Source: Leucoraja erinacea
Lineage: Eukaryota
Length of the DNA: 64,000 bases
Direction: 5' to 3'
Assembly (NCBI RefSeq): GCF_028641065.1
Contig: NC_073377.1
Location: forward strand, 98,766,001 to 98,830,000
Below, piece after piece: positions 23,948-37,603 of this stretch. Below the pieces are notes generated by a model, which saw nothing but the letters and a program-made list of their open reading frames with translations, had not been told where the DNA came from and ran no database searches. Each line of letters opens with the position of its first letter. Position 1 is the stretch's first letter. The position numbers were made by a program, and so were the translations under genes.

Positions 23948-26046
23948 GTAAGTATATGAAATCCAAATTCAGCTTCATTAATTTTTTTAATATTTTTTTT
24001 AATTGCTTGGTATTTTAGCCGGGTTTCCTCTTGCATCCTTCAATACTGAATTTTACTGGTTTAATTGATTTAGCTTTCGTGCAATGCAAAATATAGGTGA
24101 AGCTTCATCCATTTGCATCAGAAAACACCCTAAATTTGGAGACATAACTATTTAATTGTAGCCCCGACTGAGATGTATGTTGATGAAATAAGATTCTGAT
24201 TTTATGATCCATAATTTATCCAGGAAAGTTTAGTCTTGATTTTCTATTTCTATGAGTCAAAAATAGGCGGCTAACAGCTGAAAATAAATTGGATTCCGTT
24301 TCAGCTAGACCTCCGTCCATTTTCAATTGTGGCATTGTAAAAATGAAGAGATTCAGGTACATATTCATTTAATGCAATGTCGTTTTGCTTTCCTCAGTGT
24401 GCTGATCAGATGAAATTTCTAACATATCTTCATTTGAAATTGAGATCATCAATATTTAGGATTCAACTTCAATATATATTTAATATGTATTTAAAGGTTA
24501 AATAGATTGAGGCAATTCTAAATTATACGAAAGTTCTCTCGACCCATGCTTATCCAATTTGGTCATGTAAAAGATACTCCTTGTCTACCTGCATTAATCT
24601 ACGGAAATATGAATCAAGCAAAGGACGCTTTTTTCAAAGGACACTGGGACAGTGAACTTAATTACACTTCTAAAATAAATGAATGACAGTTCACCCATGT
24701 ATCTAGATGAACCCTAAATATAGCCAGCATTCCTAGTTGTTGCACATAACCAAATATATCTGTAAATTTTGGTATCTTTTCCTGGCATGCCAAAGGAGCA
24801 CTAGCTTCATATGAAAGTTATTGTGCTAAACATATGCTGCATAATAAATCAAATTATCCTTGGAGCCTACTGGCCGGTCTTGATTTAAGCTTTTAAATCT
24901 TTTGTTGATTTAGAAGCTATCAAGCCAGTGATCAAACTGCATAGAGTGACTTAAATGATGACTTTAATGTATGAAAACTGATAAATGGATCATTTACTAA
25001 TCTGTAATTCGTAGGGTGGTATATCGGTACTGGCGCTTTAACTGTTTACTGTCTAACAGTGATTTTAAAGGAACGGTCACCAAGTTTGCTTATGTCAAAA
25101 GATAGGTAGGTTTGAAAATTTTGAGGTGGACCAAGTGATGTTGATAGATTAAGAGAGTGAGCAGAAAGTAGGCGGAGATAAATGGAGACGGTAAAGGACT
25201 GCAGATTATGGTATCTGATGAGAAATGAAGAGTTAAATCAAATAAGCAAGAGATGGGTGCAATGGGGATAGGAGACCCATTGAGAGGAGTGTGTCCTTGA
25301 TGGGCAAGTGGAGTAGGCAGGATGGGAAATAAACTGGGTGATGATGCTGGGGTGGGATTGGAAAGAATGCATGGGAGGACCTGGTTAGATTGGAAGGAGA
25401 GAGCAAGGAACGAAGGAGAGAGGGTTATCTGAAATTGGAGAATTCAGTATTCATGCTCAGGCAGAATATGAGATGCTATTGCTTTGGTCTACATTAGGTG
25501 GTGAATCTCTACTCTCCACAGAGGCAAAGGCCAGTTCAAATTAAGAGGCAGGTAGATTGCCTTTGTGTAAGGGGATCAGGGGGTATGGGAAGAAGAAGAA
25601 TTGGAAAATGGATCCATGGCGTTGCACAGCCGAATGGAAACAATTAATTTTTAGTTTCTGAAGAATTTAATGGATTTGGTTCACACTAGAAACAATTAAT
25701 TACCAGTTTCATTTTGCATCAACTCTACCAGCCATAAGTGCAAATGAGTTTGAATGTCTGCTGAAGCAACATAATTTTTTAACGCTGATCATACATTGCT
25801 TTCTAATTCTATTCCATTGCTGATATACTTTGTGTTTGCACAGGTATGTACCCTTGCAATGGATAACTGAGCTAGCTAGAAAAATAAGTGTAAGCAGCAT
25901 ATTCCCATTTGAATTGATCTTAAATCTGTGTAAAAAAAAATCAATTTACAGATGTTTAATATGTATAGGGAATTGTGATAGGAAAGATTCATTTTACAGA
26001 AAAGTTACTTTTCCTTGTGCATTAAATCTTTTATTTCTTCCTACAG

Positions 26047-26226
26047 CCCTGGCAATCTGAAGAGGAAGGCTCCTGGCTTAGAGAATATCCAGTTACTTTG
26101 ATGCAGTTTTTCCGCTACCTGTACCACAATGTTCCAGATCTAGCACCACTTTGGACAAGCCCTGAATTCCTTTGTGCATTTGCAGCAACTGTCTTTCCCT
26201 TTAACATCAGGCCATATTCAGAAATG
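26047..26226 (+). CDS. WDFY3: WDFY3 exon K (180 nt)
   Basis: ctacag|CCC...GAAATG|gtgtgt; PWQSEEEGSWLREYPVTLMQFFRYLYHNVPDLAPLWTSPEFLCAFAATVFPFNIRPYSEM. Confidence 0.95.
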
Positions 26227-26873
26227 GTGTGTGTGTTTAATTTGTAGGAAAAATTGTCTTTCAAAATTCTGCAAAGTAAGAAATGAAGGGCTGGTGCGTT
26301 CAGAATAGTATTTTGATACAGAACCGTAGATATGTAGGGTCTATGGAAAGAAACCTTTTAGCCCAACTTGTTCATGCAGACCAAGATATCATTCTGGGCT
26401 AGTCTAATTTGCCTGCAATTTGCCCATATCCGTCCAAATACTTCCAATTTATATATATCTATCTAAATGTCTTGAAAATCATAACTGTATCTGCTTCACA
26501 GCTTCCCTAGGCAGCTCCTCCTAGATATCTGAGAGAAAAAATAGCCCCTGAGGTCGCTCTTAAATCTCTCCCCTCACACATTAAGCCAAAGCCATCTAGT
26601 TTTAGAATCCTCTACCCTGGGGAAAAAGACTGAGCGTACACTTTGTGATTTTGTATAGTTCGTTTAAAGATACAGCGTGGATACGCCCTTCGGCCTATTG
26701 AATTCATGAAAACCATTGATCACTGTTTACACTAGTTCCATGTTTAGAGATAAAGCTCGGAAACAGGCCCACCAAGTCTGCACCGACCAGCAATCCCCGC
26801 ACATTTACACTATCCTACGCACACTAGGGACAATTGGTTACACTAATACCAAGCCAATTAACCTACAAATCTG

Positions 26874-27066
26874 GGAGACACAAAATGCTGGAGTAATTCA
26901 GCGGGACAGGCAGCATCTCTGGAGAGGAGGAATGGGTGACGTTTCGGGTCGAGATCCTTCTTCAGACTGAAACGTCACCCATTCCTTCTCTCCAGAGATG
27001 CTGAGTTACTCCAGCACTTTGTGTCTACCTTTGGTTTAAACCAGCATCTACAGCTCTTTCCAACAC
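26874..27066. mobile_element. PLE-derived fold-back insertion with 14-bp TSD
   Basis: Inverted copies of the PLE 3' terminus; TSD 26860-26873 / 27067-27080 (1 mismatch). Confidence 0.85.
26933..26968 (-). ncRNA. Minimal type I hammerhead ribozyme motif (PLE-associated)
   Basis: Minus strand reads AGU-CUGAAGA-A-GGAU-CUCG-ACCC-GAA-ACGU-C-ACCCA: conserved core, extra A after A9, stem II with one mismatch, palindromic ACGU helix III as described for PLE minimal hammerheads. Confidence 0.72.
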
Positions 27067-27826
27067 AACCTACAAACCTGTACATCTTTGGAGATGGGAG
27101 GAAACCAAAGACCTTGGAGGAAACCCACGCGGTCACGGGGAGAATGTCCAAACTCTGTACCCATTCCTTCTCTGTGGAACCCGTAGTCAGGATTGAACCC
27201 AGGTCTCTAGCGCTGTAAATCAGCAACTCTACCACTGTGCCACCCCATGTTGTCTCACTTTTTCACCCACTCCTGATATATTACGGATAATTTACAGGGC
27301 CCAATTAATCAATAAACTCACATGCCTTTGAGATGTGGGAAAAAGCGGAGCACTCAGAGGAAACCGTCATGGTGCAAATTCCACACAGACAGCACGTGCA
27401 ATAACGTGCAAACTCCACACAGACAGCAGCCAAGATCAGAATAGAACCCGAGTCTCTGGTGCTATGAGGCAGCAGCTCTACCAGCTTCATCACTATCATT
27501 CACAGTCTAATAGGAGCTTTTCTGGTCCATGGAGTCTCTGTAGGCTCATCCCATCTTTCCCCCATTCATTTCTCCGTTGTATATTGATATTAACTCCCCC
27601 GAAGATCCTAAATGCATCCAACACACTTGGGGTACTTTACGATGGCCATTTAACCTCTGACCCACAAGCCTTTATGATGTCGGAGTTCCCTGGGGAAATG
27701 CACACAGCCACAGGGAAACGTTCACACAGGCAGTGCCGGAGGCCAGAATCGAATCTGGGACAGGCAATAACGTCAGCCTCCTATATTCCAAAGAATATAG
27801 TCTCAGCCAATCCCTATACGTTAAGT

Positions 27827-28208
27827 CCTGGTAACATCCCGTTAAATCTTTTCTGCATATTTTCCAACTTAATAACTATTCTTATTGCATGAAGACTAGA
27901 ACTTTTCACAGTACTGCAAATGTGGTCTCACTGATGACCTGTACTGTTATATCATGATATCCCAAATTTTATACTCAATACCCGCCCCAAAGAAGCTTGC
28001 CAAGCACCTCCATCACAAGGCCTGGTAACATCCTGGTTAATTTGTTCTGCATCTTTTCCATCTTAATGACATTGTTCTTATAGCCTGAAGACCAGAACTG
28101 TACACAGTACTCCAAATGTCATCTCAGTAATGACTTGTACAGTTATATCATAATGTCCCAATTTTTATACTCAATACCCTTCCCAATGAAGCATGCCAAG
28201 CACCTCCA
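27827..28208 (-). repeat. Diverged tandem duplication (period ~194 bp) of an old CR1 fragment
   Basis: Units start CCTGGTAACATCC at 27827 and 28021 and both end GCCAAGCACCTCCA. Confidence 0.8.
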
Positions 28209-28848
28209 CTCTGTTGTTAGTTTTCATTTGATACATTACAGTTGTCATTCTGTAATTGGTAGCATGATGTAGGGGAGAAAAACAGATCTGGATTATTAAA
28301 ATGACTAGATAAAACATTAAAATGTACTTTGACAAAAGCAGAACTTTAATAATGACAACTTTATCTCCCTCTCAGCCTCCTCCACTTTCACCTAATTTAA
28401 GCTTCTTGGCATTTAATGAAGTACTAGGGATGGTTTGATAAATGGTGGGACAGGGACCATCATTCGGTTGCTCACGCTCTTTTCACTGGACACTGATGTC
28501 TGATTACGTTCTAGTTAATTCATCCTGAAGAGATTTCCTTCTTTGGATTCACAGATTGTATCTGTGGCCCAGTTTGTCAATTATTATTGATTTGAATTAG
28601 ATTATTTTTGTTGAAACTTTAATTGCACTGTATGTAATTAATGTAATAAATATCCTGTTAAACAAAAATAGAATATGGTGGAATTAAGATAATTAACTGC
28701 CATTTTGATTTTACTACTTTGGGGATGTAAACTTTGCAGTGAATGTGATCATTAGCAAAGACACAGTATATTTTAAAAGGCAACATCTTGGTTGCTTAGG
28801 ATGCATACATTTGTAAATTGATATAAATTTCCTCTGGTCTTTACCCAG

Positions 28849-29082
28849 GTGAGTGATCTTGATGATGAAATGGGCTCTCCTGCTGAAGAATTCAAGGCAT
28901 TTGCTGGTGATACTGGCATGAACAGGAGCCAGTCAGAATATTGTAATGTGGGGGCTAAAACTTTCCTCACTAATCATCCTGCCAGAAAGCTTGTATTTGA
29001 TTTCATGCGTGTCCTTGTGATTGAAAATCTGTGCCTTGCACCTGCAAGTAAACAAACTACTCTTATAGATATGCTTTTAGAG
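28849..29082 (+). CDS. WDFY3: WDFY3 exon L (234 nt)
   Basis: acccag|GTG...TTAGAG|gtaagt; VSDLDDEMGSPAEEFKAFAGDTGMNRSQSEYCNVGAKTFLTNHPARKLVFDFMRVLVIENLCLAPASKQTTLIDMLLE. Confidence 0.95.
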
Positions 29083-29569
29083 GTAAGTGTTGGTGAATCA
29101 AAAATAATAAATGTATAAATAAACCTTTTCCCCATTTGTTTGAGGGAAGAAACTCACTCTTTTCATCATGTTCTGAATTAAAGTGAAAATGATTCAAAAT
29201 TGAATATGTATGTATAGACCTTTGATTACAAACAAGTTTACAAAGCTCCCGGTGTATTATATCCTATTTGAGAGTAAAGAACCTGGCAATATGATTCTGA
29301 AGTCAGAAGTTGGCACTAGTCCCATGCTGTTATTTAAAAGGTTTTTGCAGAGTTGACCAGAACAGCTAACCAGCAAGCACACATTTACACAAATCCTATA
29401 CAAACCAATTTTATTCAGAAAGTTACAGAACTACAGAATGACAACATACAGCTCAATGGGACAAGCTTAGATGGGGCATCATGGTCGTCAAGGATGAGTT
29501 GGGTTGAAGAACCTGTTTCTGTGCTGTATGACTGTGACTCTATGACTCACATATATAATTGGGCAATTT

Positions 29570-31750
29570 GAGGCGTTTTTTTTGAGGGAGTTGACGAAGA
29601 TCACATGAGGATCAGTGGTGGTGGACTTTGTATACATGGACTTTCGTAAAGTATTCAACAAGATCCCTCATATTCGGCTGATCAAGAAGATTAAGGCACA
29701 TGAAATCCTCAGATCTGTTAGATTGGCCAGGATAATTTAGCAATCATAAAAGTTAGGATTGTTGAGGGGAGTTATTCATTGAGATCTGGGACCAGTGTTT
29801 CATATGATCAGTGCCAGGATCTATTTTGTTAGTGATACATATAAGTGATTTGGGCAAATAATTAAGTTCATTACTTGTTCATCAGTCTATGAAAGTAAAC
29901 ATGCAGGTACAGACGGCAGTGAAGAAAGCAAATGGCATGTTGGCCTTTATAACGAGGAATCAAGTATAGGAGCAAAGAGGTACTTCTGCAGTTGTACAGG
30001 GCCCTAGTGAGACCACACCTGGAGTATTGTGTACAGTTTTGGTCCACTAATTTGAGGAAGGACATTCGTGCTATTGAGAGAGTGCAGCGTGGGTTTACAC
30101 GATTAATTCCTGGGATGGCGGGACTTTCATATGCTGAGAGAGTGGAGCGATTGGGTACATTCTATAAGCTGTGGAGTTTAGAAGGATGCGAGAGGATCTT
30201 ATTGAAACATATAAGATTGTTATGGGTTTGGACACGCTAGAGGCAGGAAACGTGTTCACGATGTTGGGGGAGTCCAGAACCAGGGGCCACAGATATGAAT
30301 AATGGGTAAGCCATTTAGAACGGAGACGAGGAAACACTTTTTCTCACAGAGAGTTGCGAATCTGTGGAATTCTCTGCCTCAGAGGGCGGTGGAGGCAGGT
30401 TCTCTGGATGCTTTCAAGAGAGAGCTAGATAGGGCTCTTAAAGATAGCGGAGTCAGGGGATATGGGGGGAAGGCAGGAACGGGGTACTGATAGGGGATGA
30501 TCAGCCAAGTTCACATTGAATAGCGGTGCTGGCTCGAAGGGCCGAATGGCCTACTGCTGCACCTATTGTCTAATGTCTATTGTCTAAAATTGGTTGGCAG
30601 ACAGGAAGCAAAGAGTAGGAGTGAACTGGTCCTTTTCAGAATGGTAGGCAGTGGCGAGTGGAGTGCCACAAGGCTCGGTGTTGGGGCCGCAACTGTTTAC
30701 CATATATATTAATGATTTGGGAGAGGGAATTAGGAGCAGCACTAGCAAGTTTGTGGATGACACAAAGCTGGGCGGCAGTGTGAACTGTGAAGAGGATATT
30801 AGGAGGTTGCAGGGTGACCTGGATAGTTTGTGAGTGGGCAGATGCGTGGCAGATGCAGTATAATATAGATAAATGTGAGGTTATCCACTTTGGCGGCAAA
30901 AACAAGGGGGCAGATTATTATCTCAAGGGGGTTAGGTTAGGTAAGGGGGAGGTGCAGCGAGACCTGGGTGTCCTTGTACACCAGTCACTGAAAGTTGACG
31001 TGCAGGTACTGCAGGCAGTGAAGAAAGCTAATGGAATGTTGGCCTTCATAACAAAAGGATTTCAGTTTCGGAGTAAAGAGGTTCTTCTGCAGTTGTATAG
31101 GGCTCTGGTAAGACCACATCTGGAGTATTGTGTACAGTTTTGTTCTCCTAATTTGAGGAAGGACATCTTTGTGATTGAGGCAGTGCAGTGTAAGTTCACG
31201 AGATTGATCCCTGGGGTGGCGGGACTGTATTATGAGGAAAGATTGAAAAGACTAGGCTTGTATTCACTGGAGTTTAGAAGGATGAGGGGGATTTTTCTTA
31301 TAGAAACATAAAATTATGAAAAGGACTGGACAAGCTAGATGCAGGAAAAATGTTCCCAGTGTTAGGCAAGTCCAGAACCAGGGGACACAGTCTTAGAATA
31401 AAGGGGAGGCTATTTAAGACTGAGGTGAGAAAAAACTTTTTCACCCAGAGAGTTGTGAATTTGTGAAATTCCCTGCCACAGAGGGCAGTGGAGGCCAAAT
31501 CACTGGATGAAATTAATAGAGAGTTATATAGAGCTCTAGGGGCTAGTGGAATCGAGGGATATGGGGAGAAGGCAGGCATGGGTTATTGATTGGGGACGAT
31601 CAGCCATGATCACAATGAATGACGGTGCTGGCTCGAAGGGTTGAATGGCCTCCTGTACCTGTTTTCTATGTTAATTGGTATGTTTGCAGAATGTATGTGC
31701 ATTTATGTAGTTGTGGATAGAGAGGAAGGTTGCCAAATGATTCAGTATGT
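29570..31750 (+). mobile_element. Two head-to-tail CR1 3' copies (~29870-30586 and ~30587-31672) nested in an older CR1
   Basis: Two sets of LYRALVRPHLEYCVQF and 3' UTRs with different tails (CTATTGT vs TTCTATG); older RT remnants on both flanks. Confidence 0.88.
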
Positions 31751-32507
31751 ATAGAAAAACATGCACAAGTAAATCAAATTTCAATACAGCTCGTTAATCT
31801 TAATTTAATAACTAATGTAAATTTGTTTCATATTTCGGTCATATTGGTACATTTCTAGTATTGTGAATTTTGCTCATGAATGATGTGCTTCAGAATCTAG
31901 TTATTTTTTCAACTAATTTCTCCAGTGGATTAGTATTGCTAAATATATTTTGAAGTTCTTTCCAAAGATAAGTTTTAAAGAAAATTCCCTTTAATCACGA
32001 AGATTATAAAAGTAAACCAGTTGTTTATATTTATTTGCTTGCTTCAGCTGCCAACTATTAAGACATATCTATGCAGACTATGATTCAGAAACACCCACAG
32101 AACCTTTGGCTAACACAAATGATAAACAGGAAGAAAATTATGGAACTGCAGGTGAAATAAAACTAAAAATTCAGGAAACCCTTAGAAGGTTAGGTAGCAT
32201 TGGTGATGAAAGAAACAGATTTAAGATTGGCGGTCAATACATTTCATTTGTTTTCATAATTTGCTTGACTGCATTATTGGATCAAAAAATAAATGATTAT
32301 TTTTGTTTCTAACCAACCACAACTTTAGAATTGCATTTTAACTTTCCAATTAATGTGCTATTACCTAGGAATCTATAGTAGGTGCATGTTTTTATTCTTG
32401 GCCATGATTGCAACATGTTGTATTAGAAAATAAAAATTATGTCACACGAATGTGTCTTTTGACAAGATAATAATAGATCATGTTTTTGGTATCATTTTCT
32501 TTTCAAG

Positions 32508-32607
32508 GCATCGCCTGATCGATCAACACGAGCTCAGCAAAAAGAATTTCAAACTTGTATCTTGGACAGTGTAATGGACCACTTATTGGCAGCGGATGTT
32601 TTGTTAG
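32508..32607 (+). CDS. WDFY3: WDFY3 exon M (100 nt)
   Basis: ttcaag|GCA...TTAG|gtaggt; ASPDRSTRAQQKEFQTCILDSVMDHLLAADVLLG. Confidence 0.94.
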
Positions 32608-33479
32608 GTAGGTTCAGTATAGTTATTTTTGCCAGAATCTGTGGAAGAGTAATTTTCTAAATTTTGTGAGTTCCAATTAAAATACAGTGAAAGTCTAAAA
32701 TATGAATTACTGTGAGTTATGTGATACCATTCTTTCATATTATAAATGAAAATGGCAAATTATGTATTTGTTCGCCAGTTACATCTTGGCAAAATGTAGA
32801 TTCCTTTTAATCAATAGTTTCCAACCAATAGATGTTAGTAACAAGATTAAAACCAACATGTTAAATGATTCCAAAGATTCTGTTGCTGAATGTAAAAAAA
32901 GATGTTGAAAGCAAAATAGTGGCCCGTTTAACGTGTTAGCAGCATATTGGTTAATTTATATAGATGTGGGTTTTTTATTTTATAGTATTGAGTGATTTCT
33001 CTCATATCTGAGCAAAACAGCATGTTTAGGCATCTAGCTGAAGAACTATTAACACACAGCATAGGAAGGACCATTTTCAGCAAACAGTTCTTGAGCAATT
33101 TTCTGAAGTTTGCAATCAATTTAAACTCTGGGAAGAAATACAGATGGGAGTTTTTTATACATAATTTTTAATTTGGAGCAAGCTGATTTTCATTATATGG
33201 TGAGTTTTGACAATCAGACTCTGATTTTGACGTTAATGGCTCCTTAGTACTGCAAAATTATTTAAATTACAAATTTAGAACATCTCTCAAAGTAATTATT
33301 CTACTGTTACTGGAAATTCTTTTTTCCATCATCATTATAATTCTTATCAAACACTGTTCTGAAATTTTCAATTAGCATAAAGTGGTGCCTATTTGATTAA
33401 AAAATGAACAAAGGAAAATATCCAGCAGTGTTAATGTTCTTATTATGGAGAATTTATTCCAGAATGTCATGATATAGCA

Positions 33480-33945
33480 TCAAGAGTGCTTAATTGTCAT
33501 ATGTACCCAAACAGAACAATGAAATTCTTACTTGCAGCAAAGTCTGTAAAAACAGAACTCAATAGATAACAATAGAACAAAAATATATATGATTTTTTTA
33601 AACAAATATTAGTGTAAACAAAAGCCAGAAGTCCCTAGTGCAATCAAGGCAGTTTGTAGTTCAAAGTTTAATTGGTGTTTATTGTATTAAATAGCATCAT
33701 GGTTGCTTTGTTGGGAAGAAGTTGTTCCTGATCCCGGAGGTCACCGTTTTCAAACTCCTGTAACAACTTCCTGATAGCAGGAGTGAAATGAGAGTGTGAA
33801 CAGGATGGTGTGGGTCTTTGATAATGCTGGCTGCCTTTTTGAGGCATTGCCTCCAATTGATCTTTTTGATGGGGGGAAGGTCAGAACCTGTGATGTGGGT
33901 GTCCCCCACTTTTTGTTATCTCCTGGGCATTCTAGTTGTGATCAT
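33480..33945 (-). mobile_element. Rex1/Babar-type LINE 3' fragment
   Basis: CLKKAASIIKDPHHPVHTLISLLLSGSCYRSLKT...NNFFP. Confidence 0.85.
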
Positions 33946-34194
33946 ATCACAATGTAGTTTTACAGTGCGGCGATTCTATAAAATCTGGTAATTACGAGCA
34001 AAATTCGCTCAATAAATTGTTATAAACAAATTATTTGACTTTTTTTATGAACAATTGATGCAACTATGTTAAAATCTGCAAGAAATAATGCTAGATAAAG
34101 CATATGTTATTACTACTAGCTGTATAATTGTTTTTTTAATATAAGTTAATTCTACAAATTAACATTACTATTGGTATTTTCATAACTATTTCAG

Positions 34195-34355
34195 GTGAAG
34201 ATTCAACGTTGCCTATTGCTAGTGGAGGAAGTTACAGTATATTAGTGAACAATGTATTTTACTTAACACAAAGACTTGTGGATAAGCTTTGGCAAGGCAT
34301 CTTCAGCAAAGAATCAAAACTTGTTGTTGACTTCATTATTCAGTTGATAGGACAA
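34195..34355 (+). CDS. WDFY3: WDFY3 exon N (161 nt)
   Basis: tttcag|GT...GGACAA|gtaagt; EDSTLPIASGGSYSILVNNVFYLTQRLVDKLWQGIFSKESKLVVDFIIQLIGQ. Confidence 0.94.
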
Positions 34356-36696
34356 GTAAGTGGATATTACCCATTAACCTCAAATTAATTTTATTTTTTA
34401 GTACATTAGGATTAAGCTAATTAACTTTAAATGTGGAAATTAAAAGGAAAACTAACAAATGTTGACAATGCACAAGTGATACTGTTATTTGATAACAGCT
34501 CATAATTTGCTTGCAAAATACTGTAATGAAGATTCATGCCATTAATCAGTCTGTACATGCAGAAAATCTTATATTTTTGTATTAATATAGAACCACACAT
34601 TTTCCCACAAGTAATTCACCAACAATAGCAAGTGGGCAAGGAGCATATTGAAGATCTCCCCAAGCAAGAGTGCCTTTGATGCAAGTGTCTAAGCAGATTT
34701 TCAGATGTTTTTAAACCATTTAGACCATTAAATCATTAAATTTCATTGGTTAAGGAAATGGATCGTTGGTCCTAACATTACCTAGTTTCCACATGTTCTG
34801 TTAAACCAAAATATTACCATCTCATACTTCAAGCAGTTTGCAGTGCAAAAATAGATAAAGCAGATTAGTGAAGAACAAAATGCATGAAGCCTATTGCATG
34901 GTGCCCATAATCTGAGGTAGGGTTAATAGTTTTGTAAAGATGTTTCAAAGCAACTTTACATTTTGAGTTCCAAAGAAAGGATTATACTTGAACTCTTAAC
35001 ATGAGAACAAAATATTGTCATATTTGTTCCCAAAGTATTAAAAAGTCCAAATGCTTGAAATATGTAATTAAAACAAACACTGGAAATATTCGGCTGGTCA
35101 GACTTGTGGAGAGAGAGAGAGTTAATATTTCGGGTTGATAACTTTCCATTAGAACTGTTAACAGTCAACTCTGCTTCTCTCTCCATGAGTACTGAATATT
35201 CCATTTAATTTTAATTTTTGCCTTTGTATTTGGCATTTTGTTCACCATTTCCATGAATTTTTAATTCAACATCATTTTGCAAACAAATTGTGCAATATTC
35301 TCTCAGAAGCTGATATCATTGTTGTACATTCCCATCATTTGTTATTTTCCTTTCTCAGTTCTACATTTAAAGTTAATCATCTTAATTTATTTCACTGCTG
35401 TCATTATTCTAACTATTACTGAAATGTTCCTACTGTTTAAATGACTGAGGCAACAATCAAAATGAAATCTTGTTTCTTCTCCTTAAATGGGAAATTAGAA
35501 CATCTTGAACTTGAGGTGGTACAGCATTTTAAAGGAGGTGCTTTATAAATGCTAAAAATAAGATTTAATTTCACTTCAAACTATTTGCATTATCGTATTT
35601 GATGGTAGTCTGATGTGACAAGTAACATTTATGCACAAAACTGCTCGCCAATTATACCTCCAACTACAGAGAGCTGCCCTGCACTTAATATTTACCAAGG
35701 TTATCAGCCAAATCTTCCAGTATCAACATCAGACCAGTCACAATTATTCAGGAATTCAAGTGGACTAGCCACTTAAAGATTTGTGACAAGAGCAATGGCT
35801 GGCTATCCTCTGGTAAGTGAATAATCTCAACACCTCAAGCGAGTGAGAACTAGGCTGATTACAGAAAATTCAGAGGGGAAGCAAAACCGGAAATATGGTG
35901 ACAAAATGAGATCAGGAGAAAAAACTGGCAGCAAACTTTACGGTTATCCTACAAACATCTAAAATAGGAAAGTGGAGAAATGGAACCATATAGAGACCGA
36001 AGGGGAAGTTTACTAATGGTAGCAGAGAGCACAGATGAAGCACCAAATAAGTACTTTACTTTAATCTTCTCAACTCTGAATGTTACTGCTGGGACAAAAG
36101 AAAATGGAATTGAGATCCGAGATTAACATTGGTAATGTTCCCAGCTGAAATTTCACTGGTAAACCATCTCATCCAGATGAGAACCATTCTAGGTAGCAGA
36201 GAGGTATAAGGGAGGAAATTGTAGCGACGTTGGCCATATCTTCCAAATATCAAAAAACAAACTGCTTCAGGCTGAAGGAAGGTCCCAACCCAAAACCTGC
36301 AGATGCTGCCTGACTCATTGAGATTCTCCAGCAGTTTTTTTTGTTCATGATTCCAGCATCTGCAATTTGTGGTGTCTCCATCTTCCAAACATCCACGGGT
36401 CAGAGATAGTGCCCAAAAACTGAAAAATTGTGCAAAAAGAGGCATGAAAGATAAAAATGCAATAACTGCAGATGAGTCAATTTAACCCTGGTGATGGAGA
36501 AAGTTCTAAAAAGAATAACCTGGGGCTGGGGCTGAATTACTTGTCACTTTGATAGGTGTGTATTGTCCGGGAAATCTAGCATAGATTTATTAAAGATAAA
36601 TTGTGTCTAACTTGTTGAGCATTTTTTGATGGAAAGGTCAATGAGGGAAATGCAGGTGACACACAGTTAAAGGTGAATGGTTTAAGAACTAAATAA

Positions 36697-37603
36697 TATC
36701 CAAGTTTGCGGATGACACAAAGCTGGGTGGCAGTGTGAGCTGCGATGAGGCTGCAGGGTGACGTGGATAGGTTGGGTGAGTGGGCAGATGCATGGCAGAT
36801 GCAGTATAATGTGGATAAATGTGAGGTTATCAACTTTTGCAGATTATTATTGTCAGATTAGGAAAAGGGGAGGTGCAACGAGACCTGGGTATGCTTGTAC
36901 ATCAGTCACTGAAAGTAAACATATAGGTACAGCAGGCAGTGAAGAAAGCTAATGGCATGTTGGCCTTCATTGCGAGAGGATTTGAGTTTAGGAGCAAGGA
37001 GGTCCTACTGCAGTTGTACAGGGCCTTGGTGAGACCACACCTTGAGTATTGTGTGCATTTCTGGTCTCTTAATTTGAGGAAGTACATTATTGCTAATGAG
37101 GGATTGCAGCGTAAGTTAACCAGGTTTATTCCCGGGATGGCGGGACTGCCATATGATGAAAGAATGGGTCGACTGGGCTTGTATTCAATGGAATTTAGAA
37201 GGATAAGGAGCTCTTATAGAAACATATACAATTCTTAAAGGATTGGACAGGCTAGATGCAGAAAAAATGTTCCTGATGTTAGGGGAGTCCAGAACCAGGG
37301 GTCACAGTTGAAGAATAAGGGGTAGGCCATTTAGGACTGAGATGAGGAAAAACTTCTTCACCCAGAGAGTTGTAAAGCTGTGGAATTCTCTACCACAGAA
37401 GGCAGTGGAGGCCAATTCACTCGATGTTTTCAAGAGTGAGTCAGAGTTAGTTCTTCGGGCTAAAGGAATTAAGGAAAAAGCAGGAACGGGGTACTGATTT
37501 TAGATGATCAGTCATGATCATATTAAATGGCAGTGCTGGCTCGAAAGGCCGAATGGCCTACTCCTATTTCTATTGTTCTATGTTTCTTTAGTTCTATGTT
37601 TCA
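36697..37603 (+). mobile_element. CR1 3' portion
   Basis: KKANGMLAFIARGFEFRSKEVLLQLYRALVRPHLEYC; TTCTATGT tail. Confidence 0.9.

Larger units (their letters stand above)
26742..27246 (-). mobile_element. V-SINE interrupted by a PLE fold-back insertion
   Basis: SINE sequence resumes after a duplicated AACCTACAAA(T/C)CTG. Confidence 0.82.
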
